A stretch of DNA of 64,000 bases, taken from NCBI GenBank assembly GCA_000092065.1, contig CP000583.1. The stretch is one strand, 5' to 3'. This DNA comes from Ostreococcus lucimarinus (taxonomy: Eukaryota). Every line of letters begins with the position of its first letter. Within the stretch, counting starts at the first letter, position 1. The notes beneath the pieces are model-generated. The model ran no database searches and was not told the origin of the DNA. It saw only the letters and a program-made list of their open reading frames with translations. Of the stretch, positions 30,001-39,647 are shown one piece after another. The translations under genes and the position numbers were made by a program.

Positions 30001-32540
30001 TAAATTTGTGCGCGCTCGACGTCGACACGACAGTGTCTATGACAGTACGACAGTAACTGTAATGGCGATTCATCATCGTCGCCATCGTCGTTGGCATCCA
30101 TGTACAAACCAGTCGCGCGCGCGCACAACGGATGATACGCGATGTAGCAACCCGGATGACAGCATTGGATTTTCGCGCCCATGCGTTGCTTACAGACCGT
30201 GCACAAGAGCGACCAGCGTTCTTTTTGAATGTTTGCGATGTTATCGATGGGCTCCATGCGCTCGATATCAAGCACGGTGGTCTCGGGTATCCATTGGCAG
30301 CACGCGCTGTGCGCCCAGAGCGAAGGAATCGTCGTCGGTTTGAGCGCACCGCCGGCGACGGGACACAAACAACACAAGGGTGTTTCGCTCACTGCACCAC
30401 CGGTGTGCTCGCACGAACGACACAGCCAACCGACGGTGTCGTCTGGTATGTCTGGAACACCGTAGCAAGACTGATGCACCGTCACCGCGCACGCCTCGCA
30501 CGTGATGAGCTGGTCAAAGTCGAAGTCGCGCTCATCGTCGCACACCGCACACCGATCGACGCTCCAACTCACTTGCACGATTTCGTAATCCAGCGAAGCA
30601 TTTTCATCGTCCTCGGTATGTTGATCCCTACGAGCGTTGAAATCATTGCCGTCCAAGAAACGTCCTATGGGCATCTTTGCCGGCTCAATCATTCTCAAAG
30701 ACGCCTTCCACTTTTTCGCTTGCCCCATGCCAGCGTGCTTTTCGAACTCAGTCGGCGTCATGTACTTGTTCGTTCCTGCGCAATCCGAGCATTGACACAT
30801 CACTTGATTCAAGCGCGTGTAATAGTCTGCGGCCACGCCGTTACAAATCACCGCAAGTGTCTCTGGCAACTCGTTCCCGTCGCGAAGCTTGGAAATATCA
30901 CCCGCCTTGGAGCGACGCGACGCCTTGCTCGCATCGGGGTTTCGTTCCGTCTTCACCCTCGCTGCGTGCGCGTCTGGGTTCAAGATTTTATCGTAACGCT
31001 TTCGCTGCTGGTCGTCGAGCTCGCCGCTCTCAAACATCTCCGTGATCATCTCTCTAAATCGCTCCGCCTCATCTCTGGCGAGCTCCTCGTATCTCTCGCG
31101 CTCTGACGCGTCAATCTCGCGCCACGCCGCACCCTGCTCGCGATAGACCGCGGCGAAATCTATGTTATCTTCGCCGTTTTCGTCTTTGTACTGTTGGAAG
31201 AAATCCGCGGCGAAGAGCTGCCACGAACTCTTCGGTCGTTTGGGCACGGTGTTTTGCTTCTTCGACACTGCGTGCGGCGATTTCATCGTCCCCGCTCGCA
31301 CCGAGGCTGAGGAAGAACCCTTTAGGAGTTTATCCAGCGTTGGCATGCGCCTCAGCAGCATTTTAGCCTCTTTCATCTCCTTTGAAGGTCGACCGACTCG
31401 AGGTTTGCTGAGAAGTTTTTCCAAGCGCTTGCGCTCTCGAATCTGCGCCTTGCGTTCAGCCTCGACGCGCGCTTGCTCCGCGAGTCTCGCCTCCGCGGCG
31501 ATCTGCTCGGGAGTTTTACTTCTACACACCGGACACGCGTACGGAATATCCTCATCCTCACCGTTTTGTTCTCTATCCAACACCTCCGCCGCCACGGCGT
31601 CGCATTCGCGATGAATCCACATCTCGCATCGATCGCACCCCACCATGGCGTCGCCCGCGCTCCAGTGCCACACTCGATCGCACACCGGACAGAACTGACC
31701 CTCTTTGTGCAACTTTCTGCACAGCGCGCAGAGCCCATTCGAGTTTTTCGATCGCAACGACTCGTCATCCGTCACGCCGCACGACGCGCACCGACGCGTC
31801 GCCAGCCGCTCCGCCGGCGCGCTGCACGGCAACCCGAACGAGTCCTGTAATCCCAGCACCCCCACCTCGTCTTCGCGCTCGCCCTCGCGCGAGCCATCGT
31901 CGCCGTCGAGCCCCTTCCCGTCCCCCCCCCGATCGTCGGCTCTCCCTTCGCTCTCCGTCGCCCCGACGTCGTCCTCGTCCGCCGCCGCCGCCTCGCGCGC
32001 CTCCTCGCACGCCTCCTCGAACGCCCTCGGTCGCATTCGCTTCGCCACGCGCTGCGCGTCCAACCCTCGTCGCACCCCTCGCGCCCACGCCATCAACCCC
32101 TCCGCGGGCGCCCAGCAATAATCCCTCTCCCGCCCCCGCGTCCCGCTCGGCCCGTAAAACATCACGCAGCAGCACGCCGCCGCGAAATCCCTCCGCACCG
32201 CCTCCGGCGCTCGCCCCACGTCCACGATCACGCCCGGCCACATCGGTTCCCGTCCTCGCGCGCCGACGCCTCGCGCGAACACGACGTCTCCCGCGACGTA
32301 CGACGCGAGCGGCGCCGGCGAATCGTCCGCGTCGTCCGTCGCCCCCCTCGTCGGTCGCGCGCGCGTCGCGCGTCCATCGTCGCCGTCGTCGCCGTCCGTC
32401 CGCGCCGTCGACGTCGACGGCATCGCGACGCGCGCGCCGCCCGCGACGGGCGCGCCCGGGAGCATCGCGCGACGCGACGCGTCGCGAACGCGCGCGCGGC
32501 GCGGCGCGGCCGCGCAATGCGCCGACGTATGAAAACCCAT
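27075..32540 (-). CDS. Trithorax-like histone-lysine N-methyltransferase with PWWP, PHD/ePHD fingers, HMG box, CW-type zinc finger, three SAND-like modules and C-terminal SET + post-SET
   Basis: SET/post-SET at the C-terminus (NHSCNPNMYSKIV...GEELTYNYRF...CYCGADNCRGYL). PWWP (GDVVFARG...PMWPGVIV). PHD fingers (CAVCDDERDFDFDQLITCEACAVTVHQSC; CPVCDRVWHW...CDRCEMWIHREC). HMG box (KRPKSSWQLFAADFFQQYK). CW finger (WVQCENPSCGKWRRV...WTC). Three repeats end in FE.HAGM..KKWK.S.R, which is SAND KDWK-like. Poly-Asp tract. The ORF start is non-ATG. The first ATGs are at 32540, 32465 and 32420, so the start is uncertain. Confidence 0.85.
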   Translation of the reverse strand: MGFHTSAHCAAAPRRARVRDASRRAMLPGAPVAGGARVAMPSTSTARTDGDDGDDGRATRARPTRGATDDADDSPAPLASYVAGDVVFARGVGARGREPMWPGVIVDVGRAPEAVRRDFAAACCCVMFYGPSGTRGRERDYCWAPAEGLMAWARGVRRGLDAQRVAKRMRPRAFEEACEEAREAAAADEDDVGATESEGRADDRGGDGKGLDGDDGSREGEREDEVGVLGLQDSFGLPCSAPAERLATRRCASCGVTDDESLRSKNSNGLCALCRKLHKEGQFCPVCDRVWHWSAGDAMVGCDRCEMWIHRECDAVAAEVLDREQNGEDEDIPYACPVCRSKTPEQIAAEARLAEQARVEAERKAQIRERKRLEKLLSKPRVGRPSKEMKEAKMLLRRMPTLDKLLKGSSSASVRAGTMKSPHAVSKKQNTVPKRPKSSWQLFAADFFQQYKDENGEDNIDFAAVYREQGAAWREIDASERERYEELARDEAERFREMITEMFESGELDDQQRKRYDKILNPDAHAARVKTERNPDASKASRRSKAGDISKLRDGNELPETLAVICNGVAADYYTRLNQVMCQCSDCAGTNKYMTPTEFEKHAGMGQAKKWKASLRMIEPAKMPIGRFLDGNDFNARRDQHTEDDENASLDYEIVQVSWSVDRCAVCDDERDFDFDQLITCEACAVTVHQSCYGVPDIPDDTVGWLCRSCEHTGGAVSETPLCCLCPVAGGALKPTTIPSLWAHSACCQWIPETTVLDIERMEPIDNIANIQKERWSLLCTVCKQRMGAKIQCCHPGCYIAYHPLCARATGLYMDANDDGDDDESPLQLLSYCHRHCRVDVERAQIYAGTEGLKIGQEGRLLECGANKERKRTKAEMRAETEERERREASATLADEPELSSDSETDFMNCAKFRRYEQLGHPRTEADIKDENEENPDAPGSGTKKYRVRKRVLHADDEDENDDDDDDEDDDDDDDMTERADTDMVHTKDDVIAHQRVDTMETTEDLLQDDDDDDDAELSTDLDVEYDADPTDDDDDDNAEGGKTDAEDAVEDADAKLDPSTTFPESKRRKTVSERSESSPQSATLALQAKLPEAKYPALPGGLPVPEGNVPRPDIPEVNIYCKTFRGIFRPADTLIKCLCGRCRREAEATNSDATTLWEANRWEQHAGMKHTKKWKTSIRVVVDDNGGEQAFGDWLTDHNIVVLANTGKTAKVASMSAKPKAQRPKASRTHALLGLGLGTFEDDKLEDKSGEETRARALVGRRVQIDTGTILAPDWKDGTMIDVTITRTGIRYKVIFDDGTDLMISFTRDAQNLKFVDGEAPDLSFLPEAAKLSSGKNTQLETQLAIANAQFTSAKRPSNPADRAKIAELGRPKKPREKEAWVQCENPSCGKWRRVPQSFAEKLSADDADMWTCQKNPEAAFSVCSVPQEFEDDEIDRRIALGDNAPYMEGSDDEESEDEDAVRTHVPDDLPAMVSVVCKGVSGTYHVQTRRIECLCRACVDSDQGPVYHERSRFEAHIGVKGPKKWSHHIRVVLNNRTVMSLGKWLEVWGCEIRREKTVDLSAKSLGHQRNLSRKQLEEIQANVYKRLGLNKNDKNAKVTGPPPKTGKRLYVGLTPYIVRGSRGAFKRELIASKKYTPEEFAAVQAERKARGVNGASDDKVVEQHGLTMREKLEQMTASYSDRLTFAKSNIHGWGLVAKVFHKAGSIVTQFKGETCRSTVADLRETFYEDNGVDCYLLKQDDDTVVDCTFQGNFARFTNHSCNPNMYSKIVKVDDANHIIFFARTDVRPGEELTYNYRFESEDGKVPCYCGADNCRGYLC
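29380..29700 (-). repeat. GAC/GTC trinucleotide-rich tract encoding poly-Asp/acidic stretches in the SET protein
   Basis: Long gtcgtcgtc runs on the plus strand, translated as DDDDDDD.../EDENDDDDDDEDDDDDDD on the minus strand. Confidence 0.8.
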
Positions 32541-33153
32541 CCGAGATCGCGCGCGTGTTTCGGGGCACGAAACACCCGCGCGCGGCGAGAGATTCGATCG
32601 CGCGATCGCCACGTGCCGCGCCGACGGCCGCGCGACGCGCGATCGCGCACACCGCGCTTTTCGAACGCGCAATACGTCGATCTCGGCGAACTTCGCGAAA
32701 TTCGCGCCGCGCGAAAAAAAAAGAAGCGCCGATCCGCAAAGACGGAAAAGATTTTCTCGCGCGCGCGATCGGATCTCGAACGCGGGGGATTCGCGCGATC
32801 GACGACGTGAGGTTCGCGCGCGATCGATGATCGCCGACTCCAGGGTCGCGCGATCGCGCGATCGATCGATCGCGCGCGCGTGCCGCGCGCGGCCGACCGC
32901 GCGCGCGCGGCCTTTCGGAACCCGCGGGCGCGCGCGCGGGAGACGACGACGCGCGAGGCGCGCGGGCGAGCGCGAGCGCGGGCGCGAGCGCGCGCGGGGG
33001 GGTTCGGTGCGAAAAAATTCGCGCGCGGCGACGTCGAGGCGCGGGCGCGGAGACGCGGTCGGCGACGGCGCGAGGGCGGTGGCGATTCATCCATCCATCG
33101 CGCCATCGAGCCATCGAGCCATCCATCGCGGCGCGGCGGGCGAGACGGGGGGC

Positions 33154-34059
33154 ATGGGCGTGGTGTCGCGACATCGATCGACGCGCGCGCAGGCGGTGAA
33201 CGGGATGCGCGATAACGGCCTGCCGCGGAGCGACAGCGCGATGACGCTGCGGAACGCGCAGAAGGGGTCGGAGACGAGCGCGCGCGCGACGCGGGGCAAG
33301 TCGCCATCGCGCGCGGCCGGAGATCGCGGTGATCCGTGTGTGACGGACGCGAACCGGGTCGCGGCGACGGCGGCGACGCGCGGGGACGGGACGGAGACGC
33401 CGCTGGGGGGGGAGGACGAAGACGAGGACATGCTCGGGGAGGAGACGCCGTCCGCGAGGGAGCTGGTGCCGGATCGACGGTGGTACACGCTGGTGAAGAT
33501 TCACGACGACGGGTGCACGGTGGCGGTGTCGGACGCGGAGCTGGCGATGCTGGAGGCGAGCATTTTGAAGGAAAACGTGGGGGGAGGGGCGAACGCGTGG
33601 ACGCGACCGTCGTCGATGCGACCGTGCTCGAGCGAGGAAGATGGTTCGGGCGGACGATGGGCGCCGGACGACGCGGAGGAGTACGAGGAGTGCGGGGCGA
33701 GCGGACGCGGCGGGGACTCGATGTCGGCGTGGGAGGACTCGGAAGTCAGCAGACTGCCGAGCGCGGCGCCGGGCGTGGCTGGGCACACCAAACCGGGCGG
33801 TCCGTGTGATCACTGCGGTGCGTTGGACTCGCCGCAGTGGCGCCGAGGACCGGCGAGCAAGCCGATGCTGTGCAACGCGTGCGGCACCCGATACCGCAGA
33901 ACGAACAACCTGGGACCGTCGCCGTCGAGCCGCATGGCGACGCCGGAGAAACGCAAGGCGACTGCGGTACAACAAAACGACACCCCGCGTGGGAAAAAGA
34001 ACGCGCGCTGCGGTGCTATCGGTGAAAAATTTTCCCGAGCAAATGCGATGGTTTACTAA
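33154..34059 (+). CDS. GATA-type zinc finger transcription factor
   Basis: C-terminal CDHCGALDSPQWRRGPASKPMLCNACGTRYRR is a GATA finger. Start is uncertain: ATG 33154 or upstream ATG 32827 within the CpG tract. Confidence 0.6.
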   Translation: MGVVSRHRSTRAQAVNGMRDNGLPRSDSAMTLRNAQKGSETSARATRGKSPSRAAGDRGDPCVTDANRVAATAATRGDGTETPLGGEDEDEDMLGEETPSARELVPDRRWYTLVKIHDDGCTVAVSDAELAMLEASILKENVGGGANAWTRPSSMRPCSSEEDGSGGRWAPDDAEEYEECGASGRGGDSMSAWEDSEVSRLPSAAPGVAGHTKPGGPCDHCGALDSPQWRRGPASKPMLCNACGTRYRRTNNLGPSPSSRMATPEKRKATAVQQNDTPRGKKNARCGAIGEKFSRANAMVY

Positions 34060-34229
34060 ATAAACCTCGCCCAACGACGTGTTGGCGTCCGGATCTTATC
34101 TTCAAGGATCTAAAATCTATTCCAACCTAATTCACCTATTCCTTTGAAGATCACAAGCAGTGGATGCAAAAATATAGAAGCCGCAAAAATGTTATTACAA
34201 ACATGAATTTAGTAGTTTACATGCGTTGC

Positions 34230-37130
34230 CTAAGCTTCACCTCTCGCGACGAGGTGCTCGCGCAGCCAGCGCTTCTTCGCGAGCAACTGCGCTTTGCGCG
34301 ATTCCAGTCTGGCGCCGTCCTCGCGCGCGGAGGCAGCCAGCCTGGAGAATTTCGAATTCGTCGATGACGCGTCGTTACCAGGGCTCGTTGACGAGACCGT
34401 TTCAACATCATTTGGCGCGTTTTGATTCATCGAAGCCTTTGACGGCGTCGGCGAGGCAAAACTGCGCAGACGATTGCCAAAGCTGCCGAGCTTGGATCCG
34501 GCGATGTCGGTTAGTTTTTCCATCTGACTCGTCAGCGAGCGGAGAGAGTTGCCCGACATCGGCGATGCGTGCGATGGATTTAGCTCACGTATTGATCCAG
34601 GTGATGTAGAGAGCGAAGAGCTCGCGTCTAGCCGACTCGTCGATGCGGCGAGTGCGGCTTGCGTGTCGCTGAGCGCCTGTGCGGACGAGTCGATGATGCT
34701 GACGTACTCCAGAACGACCTGGCTCGTGATTTTGCGAACGAACGATGACCACTCACGAAGGATTCTCACGCAAGAATTTCTCGCGCTCGCACTCAATTCT
34801 TCGATGATGTCGGCGAGTCGCTCAAAATCGTCGACGAAATCCTTTGAGCCCCGTGCGACGAGCTCGTGCTCCAACCACTCGCCCGCTTCAAAGACGAGCA
34901 ATAACGACGCGTTGGTCTGAGATAACGTGCGCGAAGATATCGCCCGCACGCTTTGTGATGTTTGCTTCTCACGCTCCAGCGCGTTCGAGCGTCGACTCAG
35001 AACCGATTCGAGCGTCTTGACGCTTTGCAAAGCCGCTCGAAGACGTCTTTCTTCATCCGCGTGCGATTGCTCCAAGCCGTCTTTTGCGCTCACACTGCCA
35101 GTCTCGCTATCGCTCGCCGCCAACGCGTCATCAATGGCAATATGCGACTTATCATACGCCTTCATAAGTTCGCGTGAGACCTGCTCGAGCTTTTTCTCCG
35201 TTGATTCCTGCTTTATCTTGTTGCGGCTCTCCGCGTTCGCCGCCCAATCGTTCACCGCGTCCTCCTCCGCGGATAATTCGTCCTTGAGTTTTGCCGTAGT
35301 CGCGCTTAAATTTTGCCTCAACCTCGGCAAGTCTTCGATCGCTTCCGTGTGCGTGCGCTTCACCATGATTCTAATTTCGTTCAACCTATTCTCCGTCTCG
35401 TTCTTATGAGACTGAAAAGACGCGGCGAGATATTCCTCGTCCGGTTCGGCGGTGATTGAAGCCTCCGCGTTTGTGTCCTCTCCGAGGTCTTCCCAACCAT
35501 CTGCTCGGGATATTTTCGGTGTGACACTTTTTTTACGCTCACCGACGAGCACGCTCACCATCCACGCGAGTTCAGCACGGATTTGTTCGAGGGACTCGAG
35601 GACAATTTCCGCCTGTTCGATTGTGACCTCAAAAATTGACTCTGTCCAAAGCGGCCACATCGATCTGTTGTACGATTGCGAAGCGAGAAACACGCTCAAA
35701 TCTGGCGCCATTTCCAACTGTTGATCCATAGTGTTGCGAAGTGTGATGACTTTTGTCGCGAATTCACCTTGAAGAAAGCGAATCTCTTCGCAAAATGATT
35801 TCAGTCGCGACTCCAGAATGGCGCGCAACGGTCGCAAAACGATTTGTTTCACGCACGTCAACACTTTATCGCCATGCTCTGTGAGCGCATTCGCGTGCGT
35901 CTCAATCGACACCACTTTGGCAAAGATTGAATTCAGCTCACTCGTTTTGAGAATAGATTCGGGTGAGTTCCTGTCATCACTCGAGTGTCGCTCACGCTGC
36001 GACTCGTTTTCGACGGGTTCGCCATTCATGTCGGAATCATGAACACTGCTCGCGAGCGATGCATCCTTGAGCATGGATAACTCATCTTTCAAATTTTCAG
36101 TCGCGCACATATTTTCGTGCGCGGCCGTCATTTTATCTCGTAGATCTCCCGAGAGTAGACCGACGTACAAGTCATCCACATCCGTCAACGCCGACACGTT
36201 TGTAATCGCGGCGGGCAACCGCACGTCGCTCGGACGTCGAAACTTCCCTCGCACGCGCGCCGTAAGTTCGTCTACTTTCGCGGGCGAAAGTTCGTTGCTC
36301 AATAACTCGCGAACTCGCGCTAGAAACGCGTCGCACTCCGCCTCATCGCACGCGTCGCCCTCGCCTTCGCTTGCCGGCGCTCGGCGCAAACTCTCGCTGC
36401 ATCGTTGCAGCAGCTCGATCGCCTCGCCCATCTCCGTGGTCGCTAAAATTGCCTGCGCGTTCCGTTCGAGCAGCGCGACGCACGCCGCAAATAGCGGCGC
36501 GCGGTGTCGGTGCCTAAACATCTCATCCCACACCTCCATCGTCGCTCGCGTCGGTAACACGTTGACGAAGAGCGTGAGCAACCACTGCCCGCTCATGATG
36601 GCCGCGATGATATCATCCGGCCCCAGCGCCCCCACGTGCAAGCCAACGCTCGGCAAACGCTCGCGCAATATCCTCATAAACACCCTCTGATCGAGTTTCG
36701 CCGCCGTCATCCCTTCCGAAAAGTACCCCGGCACGATTTCCCCCACCAGCTGCACCAGGCACCAAAACGCGTCCTCCTCGTCCAATCCCGCCAGCAACAA
36801 AAACGCCGCGATCGAGTGCATCGACTGCACGTACCCGATCTCCGGTTCGTGCGACACGAACGCCAGCAGCACTCGCTTCAGCGCGTTCCAATCCTTCGTT
36901 CCCGGCTCGCTCAGATCCAACGCGTTTCGAAACGCGCCGCCGACGCGCGGCAAATCCTTATCAATCTGCCCCGACGTCTCCGCGCTGTGCGTCTCCTCGT
37001 CCCCTCTCAGATCCACCAGCGCGCGATAGTGCCCCGGGTACGTCTCCCGCATCCCTCGCGCCGCGCTCCGCGCCCACGTCTCGCTTCGCGCCGCGTCGTT
37101 CGCGTCTCGCGCGTGCGTTTCGTTCGCCAT
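34230..37130 (-). CDS. TBC-domain Rab GTPase-activating protein with long coiled-coil C-terminus
   Basis: TBC region (IGYVQSMHSIAAFLLLAGLDEEDAFWCLVQLV...). ATG 37130 (MANETHARD...). Confidence 0.75.
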   Translation of the reverse strand: MANETHARDANDAARSETWARSAARGMRETYPGHYRALVDLRGDEETHSAETSGQIDKDLPRVGGAFRNALDLSEPGTKDWNALKRVLLAFVSHEPEIGYVQSMHSIAAFLLLAGLDEEDAFWCLVQLVGEIVPGYFSEGMTAAKLDQRVFMRILRERLPSVGLHVGALGPDDIIAAIMSGQWLLTLFVNVLPTRATMEVWDEMFRHRHRAPLFAACVALLERNAQAILATTEMGEAIELLQRCSESLRRAPASEGEGDACDEAECDAFLARVRELLSNELSPAKVDELTARVRGKFRRPSDVRLPAAITNVSALTDVDDLYVGLLSGDLRDKMTAAHENMCATENLKDELSMLKDASLASSVHDSDMNGEPVENESQRERHSSDDRNSPESILKTSELNSIFAKVVSIETHANALTEHGDKVLTCVKQIVLRPLRAILESRLKSFCEEIRFLQGEFATKVITLRNTMDQQLEMAPDLSVFLASQSYNRSMWPLWTESIFEVTIEQAEIVLESLEQIRAELAWMVSVLVGERKKSVTPKISRADGWEDLGEDTNAEASITAEPDEEYLAASFQSHKNETENRLNEIRIMVKRTHTEAIEDLPRLRQNLSATTAKLKDELSAEEDAVNDWAANAESRNKIKQESTEKKLEQVSRELMKAYDKSHIAIDDALAASDSETGSVSAKDGLEQSHADEERRLRAALQSVKTLESVLSRRSNALEREKQTSQSVRAISSRTLSQTNASLLLVFEAGEWLEHELVARGSKDFVDDFERLADIIEELSASARNSCVRILREWSSFVRKITSQVVLEYVSIIDSSAQALSDTQAALAASTSRLDASSSLSTSPGSIRELNPSHASPMSGNSLRSLTSQMEKLTDIAGSKLGSFGNRLRSFASPTPSKASMNQNAPNDVETVSSTSPGNDASSTNSKFSRLAASAREDGARLESRKAQLLAKKRWLREHLVARGEA

Positions 37131-37160
37131 CGCGCGATTCGATTCGACGCGATTCGACCT

Positions 37161-37250
37161 CCCTCGTCCCTCGTCCCTCGTCCCTCGCGCGCGATCGACG
37201 CGCGCGATCGACGCGCGCGATCGACGCGCGCGATCGACGCTCGCGCGCGT
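37161..37250. repeat. (CCCTCGT)x3-4 followed by a (CGCGCGATCGACGCG) 15-mer x4 in the TBC/hypothetical-gene divergent promoter
   Basis: ccctcgtccctcgtccctcgtccctcgcgcgcgatcgacgcgcgcgatcgacgcgcgcgatcgacgcgcgcgatcgacgc. Confidence 0.85.
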
Positions 37251-37559
37251 CCGTCTCGCGCGTCTCGCGCGCGCGCGTCTCGCGCGTCCCGCGCGTCGAC
37301 CGAACGAATCGACGCGTCCGTCTCTCGGACGTCTCGGACGCGACGATCCGTCTCGGACGCGGAGACGCGCGACGCAGCGACGGCGCGCGCACACCGCGAC
37401 GCACGCGCGACGGCGAACGACGACGAACGACGTCCGCGACGCGCGCGCGCGAGACGGCGAACGACGACGCGCGCGAGACGGCGAAAAAAGGCGCGACGCA
37501 TCGCGAGACGACGGCGAACGACGGTTTGAGTTCTCGGAGGCGAACGAGCGACGCGCGCG

Positions 37560-39548
37560 ATGCTTCGAGCGAGCGCGGCGCGACGAGACGTGCCGACGCC
37601 GGTCCTGGGGAGGTTATCGCTCGCGCGCGTGGCGCTGGTGGCGATGCGCGTGGAGCCGGAGGTGACGGAGGCGAGCGCGCGGGAGACGCTGCGGCGGGTG
37701 GTGGAATCGACGGTGCGCGCGGAGCTGCGAACGCTGCGAACGGCGTTCGGAGACGCGGCGACGGACGAGGGCGAGGGATGGCGCGATGTGCACGTGTTGG
37801 GGATGTCGAGCGAGACGTACGTGTGCGTGACGCCGCGGAAGTACGCGGAGGCGACGAAGATGGTGTGTCGGGCGACGACGAGCGACGAGAAAATTAAAGA
37901 GGCAAAGATTCCAGTGCGCGTGACGGAGGTGACGACGTGCGAGGGGAAGGATCAGATGGATGTGTTGCGGAGTTTGGTGCCGACGTTGGTTATGCAGGCG
38001 TTCGGAGAGGTGCCGCACTGGCGTGCGTTCGGGCGCACGGAGTACGGGACGCGGTTCATGTACGAAGACTTTTTCCCGTCGGTGCCGGGAGGGATGACGC
38101 ACGCCTTCGGGGTCGAGATTGAACACGGAATCAAAGTCACCAAGGCGCCGGCGACGCTGGCGCAGGACATCGGTGAAGATTGTGAAATTGAGATTCTGTT
38201 TCCAAGCATCAACGCCGTGGCGCTGCGGCTGCAACGATTTGGATCGGTGATCGACGAAATGCGACAACACGGAGTGGCGACGGCGAAAATCAGATCATTC
38301 ATCGACGGCGCCAAAGTCGTCGAGATCCACGACACGCCGATCATGGCGCAAGCGGCGCCGGAAATCGGCGTTGAAGTCGGTATCGTCGCGATTCGTCGCG
38401 AAGTTCCGCGTCCTTGCGGCTTCAAATCGATCGCAGAATTCAGAATCGCCTTCGAGTCGTCGCTCGGAACGTTTGTGCCCAGACACGCTCACACGGATGA
38501 TTCAGAGGAGGAACTTCTCGCTGATATCTGCGTTCCTGGGTGCGATAAACCTTTCTTATGGCCCGTGTCTTTGCTTCTCAAAAGCACTGGAGGTACCGAA
38601 TTTCCGGCAAGGCAGTCGCATGTGACGAACGACCACGTGCTGCGATTTCTCGAAGCCGCGCGACGCGTGAACATCGTCGACGCCCATCTTTCCTGGCTCG
38701 TCCGACGGAGCACGTTCTTGGCTCGTGAGAGCGCGCCCAAGAGTGGACCTGTCGTCCCAGATCGTGATATCTTCGTCGGCGCCTCGCACAACCGAAGCGG
38801 ATGGCCCGCGTTTTCTGCCCGAGCTAACGGGATGCCAGATTCGCTCGAGATGTGGGTCGATCCTTGGCCGCCGAATCGTAACGCGTTGCCGGATAGCATC
38901 TTCTCGCCACACGATATGGTCCCACCGAACTTTACGTCTACACCACCATCCATTCCACCAACGTTGAAAGCGCCGGGCGAAAGCAGTGATCTATTCATCG
39001 GCGAAGATTTCGACGATATCATTGATTGCGCGATGGACTTGTCTCCGTCTCGAATCGTCGCCAACGCGAGAAAGCGCATGCGCGTTGAATCTTCCGGCGA
39101 CGAAGCGCCTCCAGTGCTCGGGAGCCGCGTGACGCAGGATGGTATTCAAAAGTCACAGTTTTACAGCGTGCCAGGAGCTCCACCGATGAAGAAAAGGACG
39201 ACGCCGACGGGTCGAGAAAATCTCAAGAATCGAATCGTCGCCGCGTACGGAGTCGACAATACTGAAGTTTCCAAGCGTTTTCTCGATGTCTGTCTGCTGA
39301 TTGAGGCCGACAAACTTGATCAAATTACCGTCTCTCGGCACCATGCATTGGATGCTGCGGTGACTGACGCCCGAAACTTGATCAAATCTGTTTTGAAAAA
39401 GTATGAAGACGACGAAAACGGCAAGAATTTTGTAGAGCGATGTGGCCTTGTGCTGACGCAGATCCCGAAGGGGCGGAAGAAAGTGGAACTCATTGATTTC
39501 TTGCGAAGCGCTTTCGATCTAAAGATAAAGACGAAAACAAAGTTATAA
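37560..39548 (+). CDS. Hypothetical protein (662 aa); no confident family assignment
   Basis: Long non-repetitive ORF with ATG at 37560 and protein-like composition. Possible C-terminal alpha-helical domain. Confidence 0.4.
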   Translation: MLRASAARRDVPTPVLGRLSLARVALVAMRVEPEVTEASARETLRRVVESTVRAELRTLRTAFGDAATDEGEGWRDVHVLGMSSETYVCVTPRKYAEATKMVCRATTSDEKIKEAKIPVRVTEVTTCEGKDQMDVLRSLVPTLVMQAFGEVPHWRAFGRTEYGTRFMYEDFFPSVPGGMTHAFGVEIEHGIKVTKAPATLAQDIGEDCEIEILFPSINAVALRLQRFGSVIDEMRQHGVATAKIRSFIDGAKVVEIHDTPIMAQAAPEIGVEVGIVAIRREVPRPCGFKSIAEFRIAFESSLGTFVPRHAHTDDSEEELLADICVPGCDKPFLWPVSLLLKSTGGTEFPARQSHVTNDHVLRFLEAARRVNIVDAHLSWLVRRSTFLARESAPKSGPVVPDRDIFVGASHNRSGWPAFSARANGMPDSLEMWVDPWPPNRNALPDSIFSPHDMVPPNFTSTPPSIPPTLKAPGESSDLFIGEDFDDIIDCAMDLSPSRIVANARKRMRVESSGDEAPPVLGSRVTQDGIQKSQFYSVPGAPPMKKRTTPTGRENLKNRIVAAYGVDNTEVSKRFLDVCLLIEADKLDQITVSRHHALDAAVTDARNLIKSVLKKYEDDENGKNFVERCGLVLTQIPKGRKKVELIDFLRSAFDLKIKTKTKL

Positions 39549-39647
39549 CAACACGACAAAGGTGATGAAGCGATGATGATTGATGATTGAATATGTAAAA
39601 AATATGTATATGAATATGCGCGCCGCTACTGTACTTGAAGAATTTCG

